Assembly: GCA_040398845.1 (NCBI GenBank)
Contig: JBBATH010000004.1
Coordinates: forward strand, 146,981 to 210,980
Origin: Candidatus Nanopelagicales bacterium
GTDB lineage: Bacteria; Actinomycetota; Actinomycetes; S36-B12
Reading direction: 5' to 3'
DNA length: 64,000 nt
Shown here: positions 37,211 through 45,850 of the stretch, piece after piece
Numbering within the stretch: position 1 is the first letter of the stretch
Layout of the letters: the number at the start of each line of letters is the position of its first letter
Program-made: the position numbers and the translations under genes
Notes under the pieces: model-generated
Database searches by the model: none
What the model was told of the DNA's origin: nothing
The model's input: the letters and a program-made list of their open reading frames with translations, nothing else

Positions 37211-38292
37211 GCCGTCGCTCCTTCCATGGACACGAAGTCCACGTCATAGCCGAATGCCTTCGGTCCGACAAGCTCCAACATGCCCGGCTGATGCCACTCA
37301 GGTGCGCACGGCAGGCCGATGACATTGATGCGCTGGCCGTACGCGAGGGTCTCGGTCGTGATCGGATCAGAGGTCTCATAGTCGAGGAAGCAGATGAGAT
37401 CGGGGGTCGTGATGACCGGCTTGCCGTCCTCGAAGGCGATGAGGAACTCGTTTTGGATCTCCACGCGCATGATCCGCTCCGAATCAGAGAGGTCCTCCAG
37501 CACGACCGTTCCGCGAGCGAAACCGGCTGTTGTGCGACGGTCGACGTCGATGATCTTTCCTGAGAAGTACTTGCGGCCACCGGAGAAGCGCAGGAACTCA
37601 TCGAATGCGCCCTCCTCACCCCGCTTGACGGCATTGAGTCGCTTGCCCAACTCGACGCAGTAGCTCATCGAGCCTTGGATCCCGTGTTCGGCGACCTGTC
37701 TGACCGTCATCGGATAGCAGGAGATCCCATTGGCCATGCCCAATTGCATGACCGACGCACGGGCCAGTTTCTCGGCCACCTGATTGCTGATGGTCTGAAG
37801 TACCACCACATTGCCCTTTTCATCCGCCACGCTCATCGGAGCGGCAGGAATCCCTGCGAGGGTGAAGACAGTCATCTCGATCTGCGGGAACGCCCGGCGC
37901 ATCGAATCGGCATCAATGACCGGCAGGCCCATCTCGACAGCGGTTGCGAGCGGTATAAGGGTGTTCATGCCACCGACCTCGATCGGCATGATCGCAACCG
38001 GCTCCTTGCCCAAGTGAGCGGCAAGCGCCTTCACACAGGCAACGAACTCGGTGCCGGCCGGGGGCTTCTCGATGATCACGGTGGGCGCTCCGATGACCGC
38101 GGTCGTGAGCACGAGGCCATCGGGATCAAGTTCGCTCGGATCAACGATCTTCACTGCCCCGAAGCGCCCCATCGCCTGCCTGACCATAAGTCGGGCGATA
38201 TACGGATCCCCGCCGCCGCCAGTCCCGAGGAGGGTCGCCCCGATGACCATGTCATCAAGGTCGTCCAACGTGAGTTCGCGCATAGTTTCCAC
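37207..38292 (-). CDS. DUF917 domain-containing protein
   Basis: LTLDDLDDMVIGATLLGTGGGGDPY.. N-terminal signature of DUF917. Has a 4-nt overlap with the hydantoinase-like gene. Confidence 0.8.
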   Translation of the reverse strand: METMRELTLDDLDDMVIGATLLGTGGGGDPYIARLMVRQAMGRFGAVKIVDPSELDPDGLVLTTAVIGAPTVIIEKPPAGTEFVACVKALAAHLGKEPVAIMPIEVGGMNTLIPLATAVEMGLPVIDADSMRRAFPQIEMTVFTLAGIPAAPMSVADEKGNVVVLQTISNQVAEKLARASVMQLGMANGISCYPMTVRQVAEHGIQGSMSYCVELGKRLNAVKRGEEGAFDEFLRFSGGRKYFSGKIIDVDRRTTAGFARGTVVLEDLSDSERIMRVEIQNEFLIAFEDGKPVITTPDLICFLDYETSDPITTETLAYGQRINVIGLPCAPEWHQPGMLELVGPKAFGYDVDFVSMEGATA

Positions 38293-38388
38293 CTGTGTCA
38301 GTTCGAGGGACGTGCTGAGTACGAAGTAGTTGAACTGTAGAAGAGATTGCCCCCGGTAACCCTGTGCAGTTCGCTCACTGGTGATAAA

Positions 38389-39684
38389 TCACGTGGGCAG
38401 ATTGCCCCGTGCATGAGTCGGAGTTCGTAGCCCTTTGCCCCACTGGAATCGCTCGATGGAGAAGGGCGCAAGTTCTGGGGGCTGCGACTTCCCCTCGACC
38501 AGGTCAGCGACGAGTTGACCGGTACGAGGTGCCAGCGTTACGCCGAGCATGGCGTGGCCGGTAGCGAGGATGACCCCCGGTGCTTGCCGCAGCCGGCCGA
38601 TGACCGGCAGGCCGTCGGGGGTCATCGGTCGCAGCCCGGCCCACGGCTCGCGGGCGCCGTCGATGCCCGCAGCGAAGTACGGCCGGGAGGAGGTGATGAT
38701 GCCGGCTGCGCGCCGGAGATCCACCCGATCCGGATCGCCACCGAACTCCATCGTCCCCGCCAGTCGCATGCCCTCGTTCAACGGCGTGACCGCCACCTTT
38801 GCCTCCGTCAGGTAGACGGCTCGACGCGGCGGCACGGGCGGGGCCGCGAGGTCGTACCCGTATCCCTTGCCGAACCTCAGCGGTAGGCGCTGCCCGAGGG
38901 ACGCCACGATTCTCGAGGTACCGACGCCGGCGGCAACGACAACCTGTCGCGCCGACATGGACCCATGGCCCCACGACAGGGCGATCCGGTCCTTCGCGAT
39001 GGCCAGGCCCCGGACCGACTGCCCCTCGAGCACCGGCACGCCCATAGCGCCGATCGCGCTCCGCAGCCCATCTACGTAGCTGCCTGGATTGAGGTGCATC
39101 TGGTCCGGGCAGAGGATTCCGGCGACCACGGTTTCAGCAAGACCGGGCTCCACATCGCGGACCCCGGTCGCATCGAGGAGCTCCGGGGTTGATAGCCCCG
39201 CAGCCGAGGCTGCGTCCTGGTATTCCTTGACGTGGGCCTCGAACTCACCAAGCGACGTGAATGCGAGGAGGACGCCGTCCCGGTGCAACTCGAAGTGGAC
39301 TCCCCGCCCGGCGTAGGCATCGAACAGGTCCAGCGTGCCCTCCGCCAACGCGCCGACGGCAGCGTGCCCCTGCTGAAATCGCCGTGGCGTCGACGCCCGC
39401 AGCATGCCGATCATGAAGGCGATGTGCCCGGGGTCGAGGTCAGGCGCAACGCGAAGTGGCGACGTCGGATCGAACATCCAACGGGCGGCCTTGCCTACGA
39501 CACCGGGGGCAGGAACCGGCGCGGCCATAATGGGCACGACCCATCCAGCGTTGCGGCGCGCGGCACCCGAACCGACGGTAAGGGCTTCAATGACTGCAAC
39601 GTCGATGCCGCGTGTCGCGAGCTCGAATGCGACGCTCAGCCCAACCGGCCCGGTGCCAATGACAACAACCTCGTGGTCAGCCAC
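38389..39684 (-). CDS. FAD-dependent oxidoreductase (DadA / glycine-D-amino-acid oxidase-like)
   Basis: HEVVVIGTGPVGLSVAFELATRGIDVAVIEA dinucleotide fold and a DAO-family body. The ORF extends to ATG 39735. GTG 39684 is preferred because it reduces the overlap with the upstream gene from 59 to 8 nt. Confidence 0.8.
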   Translation of the reverse strand: MADHEVVVIGTGPVGLSVAFELATRGIDVAVIEALTVGSGAARRNAGWVVPIMAAPVPAPGVVGKAARWMFDPTSPLRVAPDLDPGHIAFMIGMLRASTPRRFQQGHAAVGALAEGTLDLFDAYAGRGVHFELHRDGVLLAFTSLGEFEAHVKEYQDAASAAGLSTPELLDATGVRDVEPGLAETVVAGILCPDQMHLNPGSYVDGLRSAIGAMGVPVLEGQSVRGLAIAKDRIALSWGHGSMSARQVVVAAGVGTSRIVASLGQRLPLRFGKGYGYDLAAPPVPPRRAVYLTEAKVAVTPLNEGMRLAGTMEFGGDPDRVDLRRAAGIITSSRPYFAAGIDGAREPWAGLRPMTPDGLPVIGRLRQAPGVILATGHAMLGVTLAPRTGQLVADLVEGKSQPPELAPFSIERFQWGKGLRTPTHARGNLPT

Positions 39685-40657
39685 GTGAGCCCCCGCCCAT
39701 GAGGAGGTCTGCGACTGCGGCGTCCTGGATACCAAGGCCGACGCTCGCGTAGACGGTCAAATCCAGTGCCGTGGCAAGTCGGTCTACGTGGCCGGCGAGA
39801 ACATCTCCGATTGCATGCACATCGTCGCGCGCAAGACTCCCCGAGGAAATTCCGGCGGCGACGGGGCCGCACTGCATGCACGCAGTGGCGACATCGTCGA
39901 CGTAGACCGAGCCTGCTCGCTCGATGACATCTGCCCCGAATTCGTGCCGGTCCGGGGCGAACGATCCGACGCTGACGAGCGTGGTGCCTGAGTCGAGCCA
40001 GTCTGCGCGAATGACCGGCTCGAAGCTCGTCGTGCAGAGGATGACCGTGTCGGCCCCCTCGACCCCTTGACGGAGGTCATCGGTCACCTGCAATCGATCA
40101 TCGACTGGGGGGCCCTCGACACCGTCACGGGCGAGCAGGGATCCGTGCCGGACCACCATGGTCACGCGCACGTCGGGATATCGCGCGAGCATGAGGTCGG
40201 CGTGCGCCAACCCTTGTCGACCGGCGCCGACGATGACCGCGTGCCTCGGCAGAGCCGTGCCCGCGTCGCCGAGCGCCAGTCCCTCCATCACTGCGATGCT
40301 CGCTGCCGGGGTTCGCCTCGTCGTGATCGCCTCGCCATCCATCGTCGCGACGACCTCGCCGGTGACCTTGTCCATGACGAGGACGAGGGCGTGCACGCTC
40401 GGCAACCCCCGCCCGGGATTGCCCGGGTTTACGCTGCCGATCTTCACGACCGGCCATCCGTCCCGGCTCGCTCGCGCGAGGTAGCTGAACGCCGTGTTCT
40501 CGCCGTAGGCCAGCAGCGCCCGAGTCGCGAGCTGCGCCTCACCGAGGGCAAAGGCCCGAAGCACGTCATGCTGAGAGGCCACCAAATCATCCCATGTCAG
40601 GGCTGACGCGACTGCGGCCGCTGAGAAATGCCGGGCCACCGATGGACTCAGGGCCAC
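39677..40657 (-). CDS. ornithine cyclodeaminase / mu-crystallin family protein
   Basis: ..VKIGSVNPGNPGRGLPSVHALVLVMDKVTGEVVATMDGEAITTRRTPAAS.. and the Rossmann stretch AVIVGAGRQG. Start set at GTG 40657 (GAGGGAGG 6 nt upstream) within ORF 39677..40729. Confidence 0.8.
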   Translation of the reverse strand: MALSPSVARHFSAAAVASALTWDDLVASQHDVLRAFALGEAQLATRALLAYGENTAFSYLARASRDGWPVVKIGSVNPGNPGRGLPSVHALVLVMDKVTGEVVATMDGEAITTRRTPAASIAVMEGLALGDAGTALPRHAVIVGAGRQGLAHADLMLARYPDVRVTMVVRHGSLLARDGVEGPPVDDRLQVTDDLRQGVEGADTVILCTTSFEPVIRADWLDSGTTLVSVGSFAPDRHEFGADVIERAGSVYVDDVATACMQCGPVAAGISSGSLARDDVHAIGDVLAGHVDRLATALDLTVYASVGLGIQDAAVADLLMGGGSRG

Positions 40658-40728
40658 GTCCGCCTCCCTCTTGAAATCCCACTCGACTAGCCGACACCAC
40701 GGTCTCCGCTGGTGTCCGTCGGACCACA

Positions 40729-40781
40729 CGATAGTCGCGGCCTTTCACCCCACTCCTGTGACATACCCACAGCGATAGTCG
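40729..40781. promoter_or_regulatory. direct repeat of CGATAGTCG (x2) in the divergent promoter region of the catabolic cluster
   Basis: CGATAGTCG occurs at 40729-40737 and 40773-40781. A related inverted copy CGACTAG lies at 40684-40690. All three sit between the OCD-family start (40657) and the racemase start (40876). Confidence 0.3.
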
Positions 40782-40875
40782 AATCGGTGTGCACGTTGCC
40801 ACTCTTGACGATCGGCCATGCGTGCGATCCTCAGTCTGCCATCTCGAGACCGTCGACCTTGAAAGGAGCCCGATC

Positions 40876-41661
40876 ATGGGCCGTCGCATCCTGTGGATCA
40901 ACCCGGTCGGAACCTCGGCCTACGACGAGCCGATCGGCACCGCGCTTCGCGGCGAGGCGCTACCAGACACGCGCATTGACGTGTGCTCCCTGCCAGGCTT
41001 TCCGATCAACCACCTCGAGTACAACGCCTATGAGATGGTCATGGCCGGTGCCACCATCGGAGCGGTTCGCTGGGGCGAGCAGCAGGGCTACGACGCCGCC
41101 GTCATCGGTTGCTTCTACGATCCGGCACTCCGCGCTGCCAGAGAGGTCTCCGGCTCGATGGCCGTCACGGCGCCGGCCGAGGCGTGCATGCACATCGCCA
41201 CGACGGTCGGCGAGCGGGTCAGCATTCTCGTCGGTCGATCGAAGTGGATCCCCGAGATGCACGAGAACGCAGTGAAGTACGGGTTCGCCGACAAGGTCGC
41301 CTCCTTCCGTGTGCTTCGCATGACCGTGAATGAGTTTCAGCAGGACCCCGCCTGCACTGAGGAGCGCATCCTCGAGGAGGCGCGGCTCGCCGTCGAGCAG
41401 GACGGCGCGGATGTCATCGTCCTCGGCTGCACGATCGAGTTCGGCTTCTACCGGACGATCCAGGACGAGCTCGGTGTCCCGGTCATCGACGCGCTCGTCG
41501 CTCCGCTTCGCTACGCGGAGCTCCTCGCCGACGTCAACACTCGGCATGGCTGGGGAACGAGTCGGGTTCGCGGATACGAGCGCCCCGACGAGGCTGAGCT
41601 TGACGCCTTCGTTCCGGTGTTCGTGCCGAGCGTCCATCGCGATCCTCGTGACACAGCCTGA
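40876..41661 (+). CDS. Asp/Glu/hydantoin racemase family protein
   Basis: MGRRILWINPVGTSAYDEPI.., ..AAVIGCFYDPAL.. and ..DVIVLGCTIEFGF.. provide the two catalytic-Cys contexts. ATG 40876 is preceded by GAAAGGAG. ORF 40789..41661 was trimmed accordingly. Confidence 0.85.
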   Translation: MGRRILWINPVGTSAYDEPIGTALRGEALPDTRIDVCSLPGFPINHLEYNAYEMVMAGATIGAVRWGEQQGYDAAVIGCFYDPALRAAREVSGSMAVTAPAEACMHIATTVGERVSILVGRSKWIPEMHENAVKYGFADKVASFRVLRMTVNEFQQDPACTEERILEEARLAVEQDGADVIVLGCTIEFGFYRTIQDELGVPVIDALVAPLRYAELLADVNTRHGWGTSRVRGYERPDEAELDAFVPVFVPSVHRDPRDTA

Positions 41662-41861
41662 GGTCAGGCGACGATCCACGGCGTGTGTGCGCCCATTGAG
41701 CATCCTTGAAGTGGGTGTCTCGCGGCCTCCAACACCAACTCAGTCTTGCCGCCTGATGAATTCCTCGTAAGGGTTCTCCGGCCCCATCGACCAAGCCGTG
41801 AGGGGATCGGGCCGGTCCCGCCCACCACTGGTATCGCGCGGGCTGCACTGCCCCAGCAACC

Positions 41862-41889
41862 GGGTTACGGTGATGTGCATTTTCCAACC
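41862..41889 (+). promoter_or_regulatory. promoter-like motif GGGTTAC-N16-CAACC upstream of fasciclin gene 1
   Basis: The same two blocks with identical spacing (23 nt start-to-start) recur upstream of fasciclin gene 2 at 48796-48823. The motif lies 21 nt before GTG 41910. Confidence 0.4.
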
Positions 41890-41909
41890 AATGAACAAGG
41901 AGTTCACCC

Positions 41910-42518
41910 GTGAAGAAAGTTTCAATCGCAGTGGTCGCATTGGCCGCCGCGCTCAGCCTCGGCGCATGCAGCTCATCCAGCGACACAGCGGCCACGCCGG
42001 CCGCATCAACCGAATCTGCGTCGGCACCCGCCTCGGCACCCGCACCCGTCGAGACGGCCGCCCCTTCAGAAGAGGCCATGACCGGCATGACCATCTTTGA
42101 CATGGCATCGACAGCCGATGGCTTCGCCACACTCACGGCAGCCATCACCGCTGCGGGTCTCGCGGAGGATCTTCAGGGCGAGGGTCCCGTCACGGTGTTC
42201 GCACCGACCGACGATGCTTTCGCAGCCCTTCCTGCGGGCGTCCTCGACGCACTTCTCCTGCCGGAGAACAAGGACCTGCTCATCAAGATCCTTACCTACC
42301 ACGTGATTCAGGGCAATGTCCTTGCCGCTGACGTCGTCGATGGTGACGTTCCCACCGCTGAGGGCCAGAACGTGACCCTCAAGACCGGTGAGTTCATCAC
42401 GGTCAACGGTTCGAAGGTCGTCGTAGCCGACGTCGTCGCATCAAACGGTGTCATTCACGGTATCGATGCAGTCCTCCTCCCGCCGGACGTCGACGTCGAC
42501 GCCCTGCTTGCCAACTAG
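41910..42518 (+). CDS. fasciclin (FAS1) domain lipoprotein, paralog 1
   Basis: Lipobox ALSLGAC, an Ala/Ser/Pro linker, and a FAS1 body [22 protein letters not shown]...YHVIQGNV...NGVIHGIDAVLLPPD. Confidence 0.88.
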   Translation: MKKVSIAVVALAAALSLGACSSSSDTAATPAASTESASAPASAPAPVETAAPSEEAMTGMTIFDMASTADGFATLTAAITAAGLAEDLQGEGPVTVFAPTDDAFAALPAGVLDALLLPENKDLLIKILTYHVIQGNVLAADVVDGDVPTAEGQNVTLKTGEFITVNGSKVVVADVVASNGVIHGIDAVLLPPDVDVDALLAN

Positions 42519-42536
42519 TCGCACCACGTTTCACGC

Positions 42537-42572
42537 GAATGGGGAGGGCCCAGTGCCCTCCCCATTCGTTTT
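42537..42572 (+). terminator. rho-independent terminator of fasciclin gene 1
   Basis: 13-bp perfect stem GAATGGGGAGGGC / GCCCTCCCCATTC with loop CCAGT, followed by GTTTT. Confidence 0.7.
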
Positions 42573-42687
42573 GGCCTTTCCCATTCGTTACGGCACAACA
42601 ACGAATTACCCGCTTGTTCTTCCAGCCTTCCATGACACGTCATGTTGATACCGCTGACTGCTCATGCAGATGCGTTGCACTACGTCC

Positions 42688-43809
42688 GTGCGGATTGCGA
42701 TATCAGCGGAATCGTTCCTACCTCGGACGAACGGCGTGGCAAACTCTGTTGCCCATGTGGCGCGGTCGCTGCGTCACCTCGGCCACGACTGCCTCATCAT
42801 CGCGCCGGACACCTTCCCAGGCCGCGACTTTGAGGGCATGCCGGTCCACCGCGTGCGATCCGTGCAGATCCCCGGCGTGCACGACGTCGATATCGCGGTG
42901 ACGAGCACGGCCAAGATGAGCGCTGAGCTAGAGGCCTTCAACCCCGATGTGGTGCACCTAGCCTCCCCGTTCGTTCTCGGTCGCCAAGTCCTCGCAGCCG
43001 CACGGGCGAACGGGATTCCCGCCGTCGCGATCTACCAGACCCATGTCGCGGGTTTCGCCCACCACTACGGTCTTTCAGGTGTCTCGTTTCTTGCCGATTC
43101 CATCGTGCGGGCGGTCCATCGCTCAGCCGATCTGACGCTGGCACCCTCCCGGCAATGTGTCTACTATCTCACCGGGCTCGGCGTACCTCGCATTCGCCTC
43201 TGGGGCCGCGGCGTGGACCTCGCTCGCTTCTCCCCCACGCGCCGCTCACGCGAACTCCGGGATCGCTGGAGTCCGGACGGACGACCGGTGGTGGGCTTCG
43301 TCGGCAGGTTGGCGCCTGAGAAGGGCGTGCATATGCTCGCTGGCCTTGCGGCTTCTGACGAGGTCCGGGTCGTCATTGTCGGTGACGGGCCAATGCGAGG
43401 CGAACTCGGCCGACTCATGCCGCAGGCCGTGTTCATGGATCGCCTGCTTGGCGACGACCTCGTCACCGCGGTTGCCAGCATGGATGTTCTAGTGGCGCCC
43501 GGTGAATTGGAGACGTTCTGCCAGGTCGTGCAGGAGGGCATGGCATCGGGAGTTCCCGTCGTCGCCCCAGCCATCGGTGGACCGCTCGATCTCGTGGAAC
43601 ACGGCGAGACCGGGCTCCTGTATCCGCCTGGCGACCGACTGGCGCTTGAGGACCACGTCCGCCGGGTTGTCACCGACGAGGTCCTCGCCGCACGGCTGAG
43701 ACGAAACGGCTTGGAGCAGGTCTCCACGAAGTCGTGGCTTGCCATCACGAATGAATTACTCGGGCACTACTCCGACGTCACCGGACAAGCCCTCACCCCG
43801 GCCGCCTGA
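42688..43809 (+). CDS. glycosyltransferase family 4 (GT-B, GT1-domain) protein
   Basis: VRIAISAESFLPRTNGVANSVAHVARSL.. N-terminus and the C-terminal E..GLLYPPGD motif region. Start set at GTG 42688 within ORF 42664..43809. Confidence 0.8.
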   Translation: MRIAISAESFLPRTNGVANSVAHVARSLRHLGHDCLIIAPDTFPGRDFEGMPVHRVRSVQIPGVHDVDIAVTSTAKMSAELEAFNPDVVHLASPFVLGRQVLAAARANGIPAVAIYQTHVAGFAHHYGLSGVSFLADSIVRAVHRSADLTLAPSRQCVYYLTGLGVPRIRLWGRGVDLARFSPTRRSRELRDRWSPDGRPVVGFVGRLAPEKGVHMLAGLAASDEVRVVIVGDGPMRGELGRLMPQAVFMDRLLGDDLVTAVASMDVLVAPGELETFCQVVQEGMASGVPVVAPAIGGPLDLVEHGETGLLYPPGDRLALEDHVRRVVTDEVLAARLRRNGLEQVSTKSWLAITNELLGHYSDVTGQALTPAA

Positions 43810-43810
43810 C

Positions 43811-44959
43811 GTGGCCGTCATCGCCCACCTGGCGAACTTTTACACACCGACGAGCGGTGGCCTGCGCACAGCGATGGATGCCCTCATGCTCGAGTATGTT
43901 CGCGCCGGTCATGAGGTTCACACAATCGTTCCCGGCGCCGAGGCTGCATCGCAGACGTCCGGATCAACGACGATCCACCACCTGCCAAGCTGGCAGCTTC
44001 CGGGATCCGGGGGCTACCGGGTCATCACCTCAACGGCTCGCGTGCGGGACATCCTTCGCGAGATTCAGCCAGACTGCATCGAGTTGTCAGACCGGCTCAC
44101 CCTGCTCGGTGCGGCCGACTGGGCCCGCTCAGCAGGAGTCCCTTCGTCACTCATCGCCCATGAGCGCATCGACGGTGTGTTGCAGGCATTCATGCCGTTC
44201 CTGCCCCGCAGACGCGTCGCTGATCGAATGAACGCATCTGCTTCTGCGCGAGTGGACACAATCGTCTGCACCACACAGTTCGCGGCCCAAGAGTTCGATC
44301 GAATCGGCCTCCCCACCACGCAGGTGCCGCTGGGCGTCGACCTCCAGACGTTCAACCCGGCGCAGCGATCCGCAACGGAGCGCGGAAGGTACGCGGAGCC
44401 GGTCCTGTTGGTCCTCGCCAGCCGACTGTCACGAGAGAAGCGCCCCGCGTTCGCCGTCGACGTCCTCGACGCCTGCCGTCGCCGCGGCATGGACTGCCGA
44501 CTGCTCGTCCTGGGCAAGGGACCGATGACTGAGCGCATGGTGGCACTGTCCAAGGATCGGCCGATGACCGTTCTGGGTCACATCGCGTCCCGAATCGAGA
44601 TGGCCCAATTCCTCGCCAGCGCGGATGCCGTCCTCGCCCCAGGCCCGATCGAGACCTTCGGCCTCGCAGCGCTGGAGTCGCTTGCCTGCGGCACTCCTGT
44701 GCTCTGCAATGAGGCATCGGCGATACCCGAGGTCCTCGGGCCGGATGCAGGGTTCGCACGCCCCTTGGATCCCGAACTCTGGGCGGACTGCATCGAAACC
44801 ACGATCAACGATGCCGCCGACGTCCGAGCTCATGCTCGCAGGAGAGCCGAGGAGTTTCCCTGGAGTCGAACGGCAAATTCGCTGCTTGAGGTCTCCGGGA
44901 TACCCAAGACTCCGACACCCGACACGTCGCTTGCCATCGGGACCTTGGAGGTCGGGTGA
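43811..44959 (+). CDS. glycosyltransferase family 4 protein (second of pair)
   Basis: VAVIAHLANFYTPTSGGLRTAMDAL.. and the C-terminal ..ETFGLAALESLACGTPVL.. (EX7E-type region). GTG 43811 lies 1 nt after the upstream stop. Confidence 0.8.
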   Translation: MAVIAHLANFYTPTSGGLRTAMDALMLEYVRAGHEVHTIVPGAEAASQTSGSTTIHHLPSWQLPGSGGYRVITSTARVRDILREIQPDCIELSDRLTLLGAADWARSAGVPSSLIAHERIDGVLQAFMPFLPRRRVADRMNASASARVDTIVCTTQFAAQEFDRIGLPTTQVPLGVDLQTFNPAQRSATERGRYAEPVLLVLASRLSREKRPAFAVDVLDACRRRGMDCRLLVLGKGPMTERMVALSKDRPMTVLGHIASRIEMAQFLASADAVLAPGPIETFGLAALESLACGTPVLCNEASAIPEVLGPDAGFARPLDPELWADCIETTINDAADVRAHARRRAEEFPWSRTANSLLEVSGIPKTPTPDTSLAIGTLEVG

Positions 44960-45825
44960 CAGTTGTCGTAGCGGTCGGCGACAGCATCGCCTTCGGTGTG
45001 GGTGATGTCGACACCGCCTGCGGCCCACAGGCGTGGTCCGGGAGAGTGAGTCGGCTCATCAGCGCCGTGAACGTCAACCTCGGCATGACAGGGGCGGTCC
45101 TTCGGGACGTTGAGTCACGGGTTCCCGAGGTCCTCGCACAGGGTCCCGACATCGTCCTCGTGAGCATCGGCGGAAATGACATCGTTCGCGGGCCGTTCGA
45201 CCGGGAGGAGTTCGGCAATCGACTTGCAGACTGCCTCGCCTCATTTCGATCGGTCGGAGCAGAGGTTGTTATTCTCACTGTGCCGGATCTTTCGCGAATG
45301 GTGCAGTTGCCCGGGTTCATGGGTCGTGCCCTGCACGCCCGCACCCACGCGGTCAATACCGCGCTCGTATCTGCCGCCGAGAGGACCTCAACGATCATCG
45401 TGGACCGTTGGCATGACCCGCAGACCTATCTGCACACGCACCTGCACGTGGACCGAACGCACCCTTCGTCAGCAGGCTTTCAGTATCTTGCCCATTGCAC
45501 GCTCGCGGCACTGGGGTTCGGCGTGGTCCTGGCTCCGATAGCGGAGGTCCCTGCCCCACGCCGCAGGGTCATGTGGATTGCAACATCGGGTCTCTCCTGG
45601 GTCATTCGCCGGTTTCCGCTCGTAGTGCGCAATGTCGTGACGCTCATGCGTGCTCGACCCCAGCGCGGAAGCGAGTGCACGCGATGTGACGCGGCGATCG
45701 GGCAGGCCTCCGCCGTTGCTCTGCCGCCAGGTGATATCGAGAAGGCGATCATTTGTTCGTCATCCTTACCCGCAATATGGCACTTGCCATCACCGGTGTT
45801 GACCTCGCCGTCAATGGCGGACTGA
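44956..45825 (+). CDS. SGNH/GDSL hydrolase family protein with C-terminal hydrophobic segment
   Basis: VVVAVGDSIAFGVGD (block I Ser), GGNDIVRG (block III) and DRTHPS (block V). The start overlaps the upstream GT stop. Confidence 0.8.
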   Translation: MTVVVAVGDSIAFGVGDVDTACGPQAWSGRVSRLISAVNVNLGMTGAVLRDVESRVPEVLAQGPDIVLVSIGGNDIVRGPFDREEFGNRLADCLASFRSVGAEVVILTVPDLSRMVQLPGFMGRALHARTHAVNTALVSAAERTSTIIVDRWHDPQTYLHTHLHVDRTHPSSAGFQYLAHCTLAALGFGVVLAPIAEVPAPRRRVMWIATSGLSWVIRRFPLVVRNVVTLMRARPQRGSECTRCDAAIGQASAVALPPGDIEKAIICSSSLPAIWHLPSPVLTSPSMAD

Positions 45826-45850
45826 CCTCGGGGCACTATCGTGACGTCCC

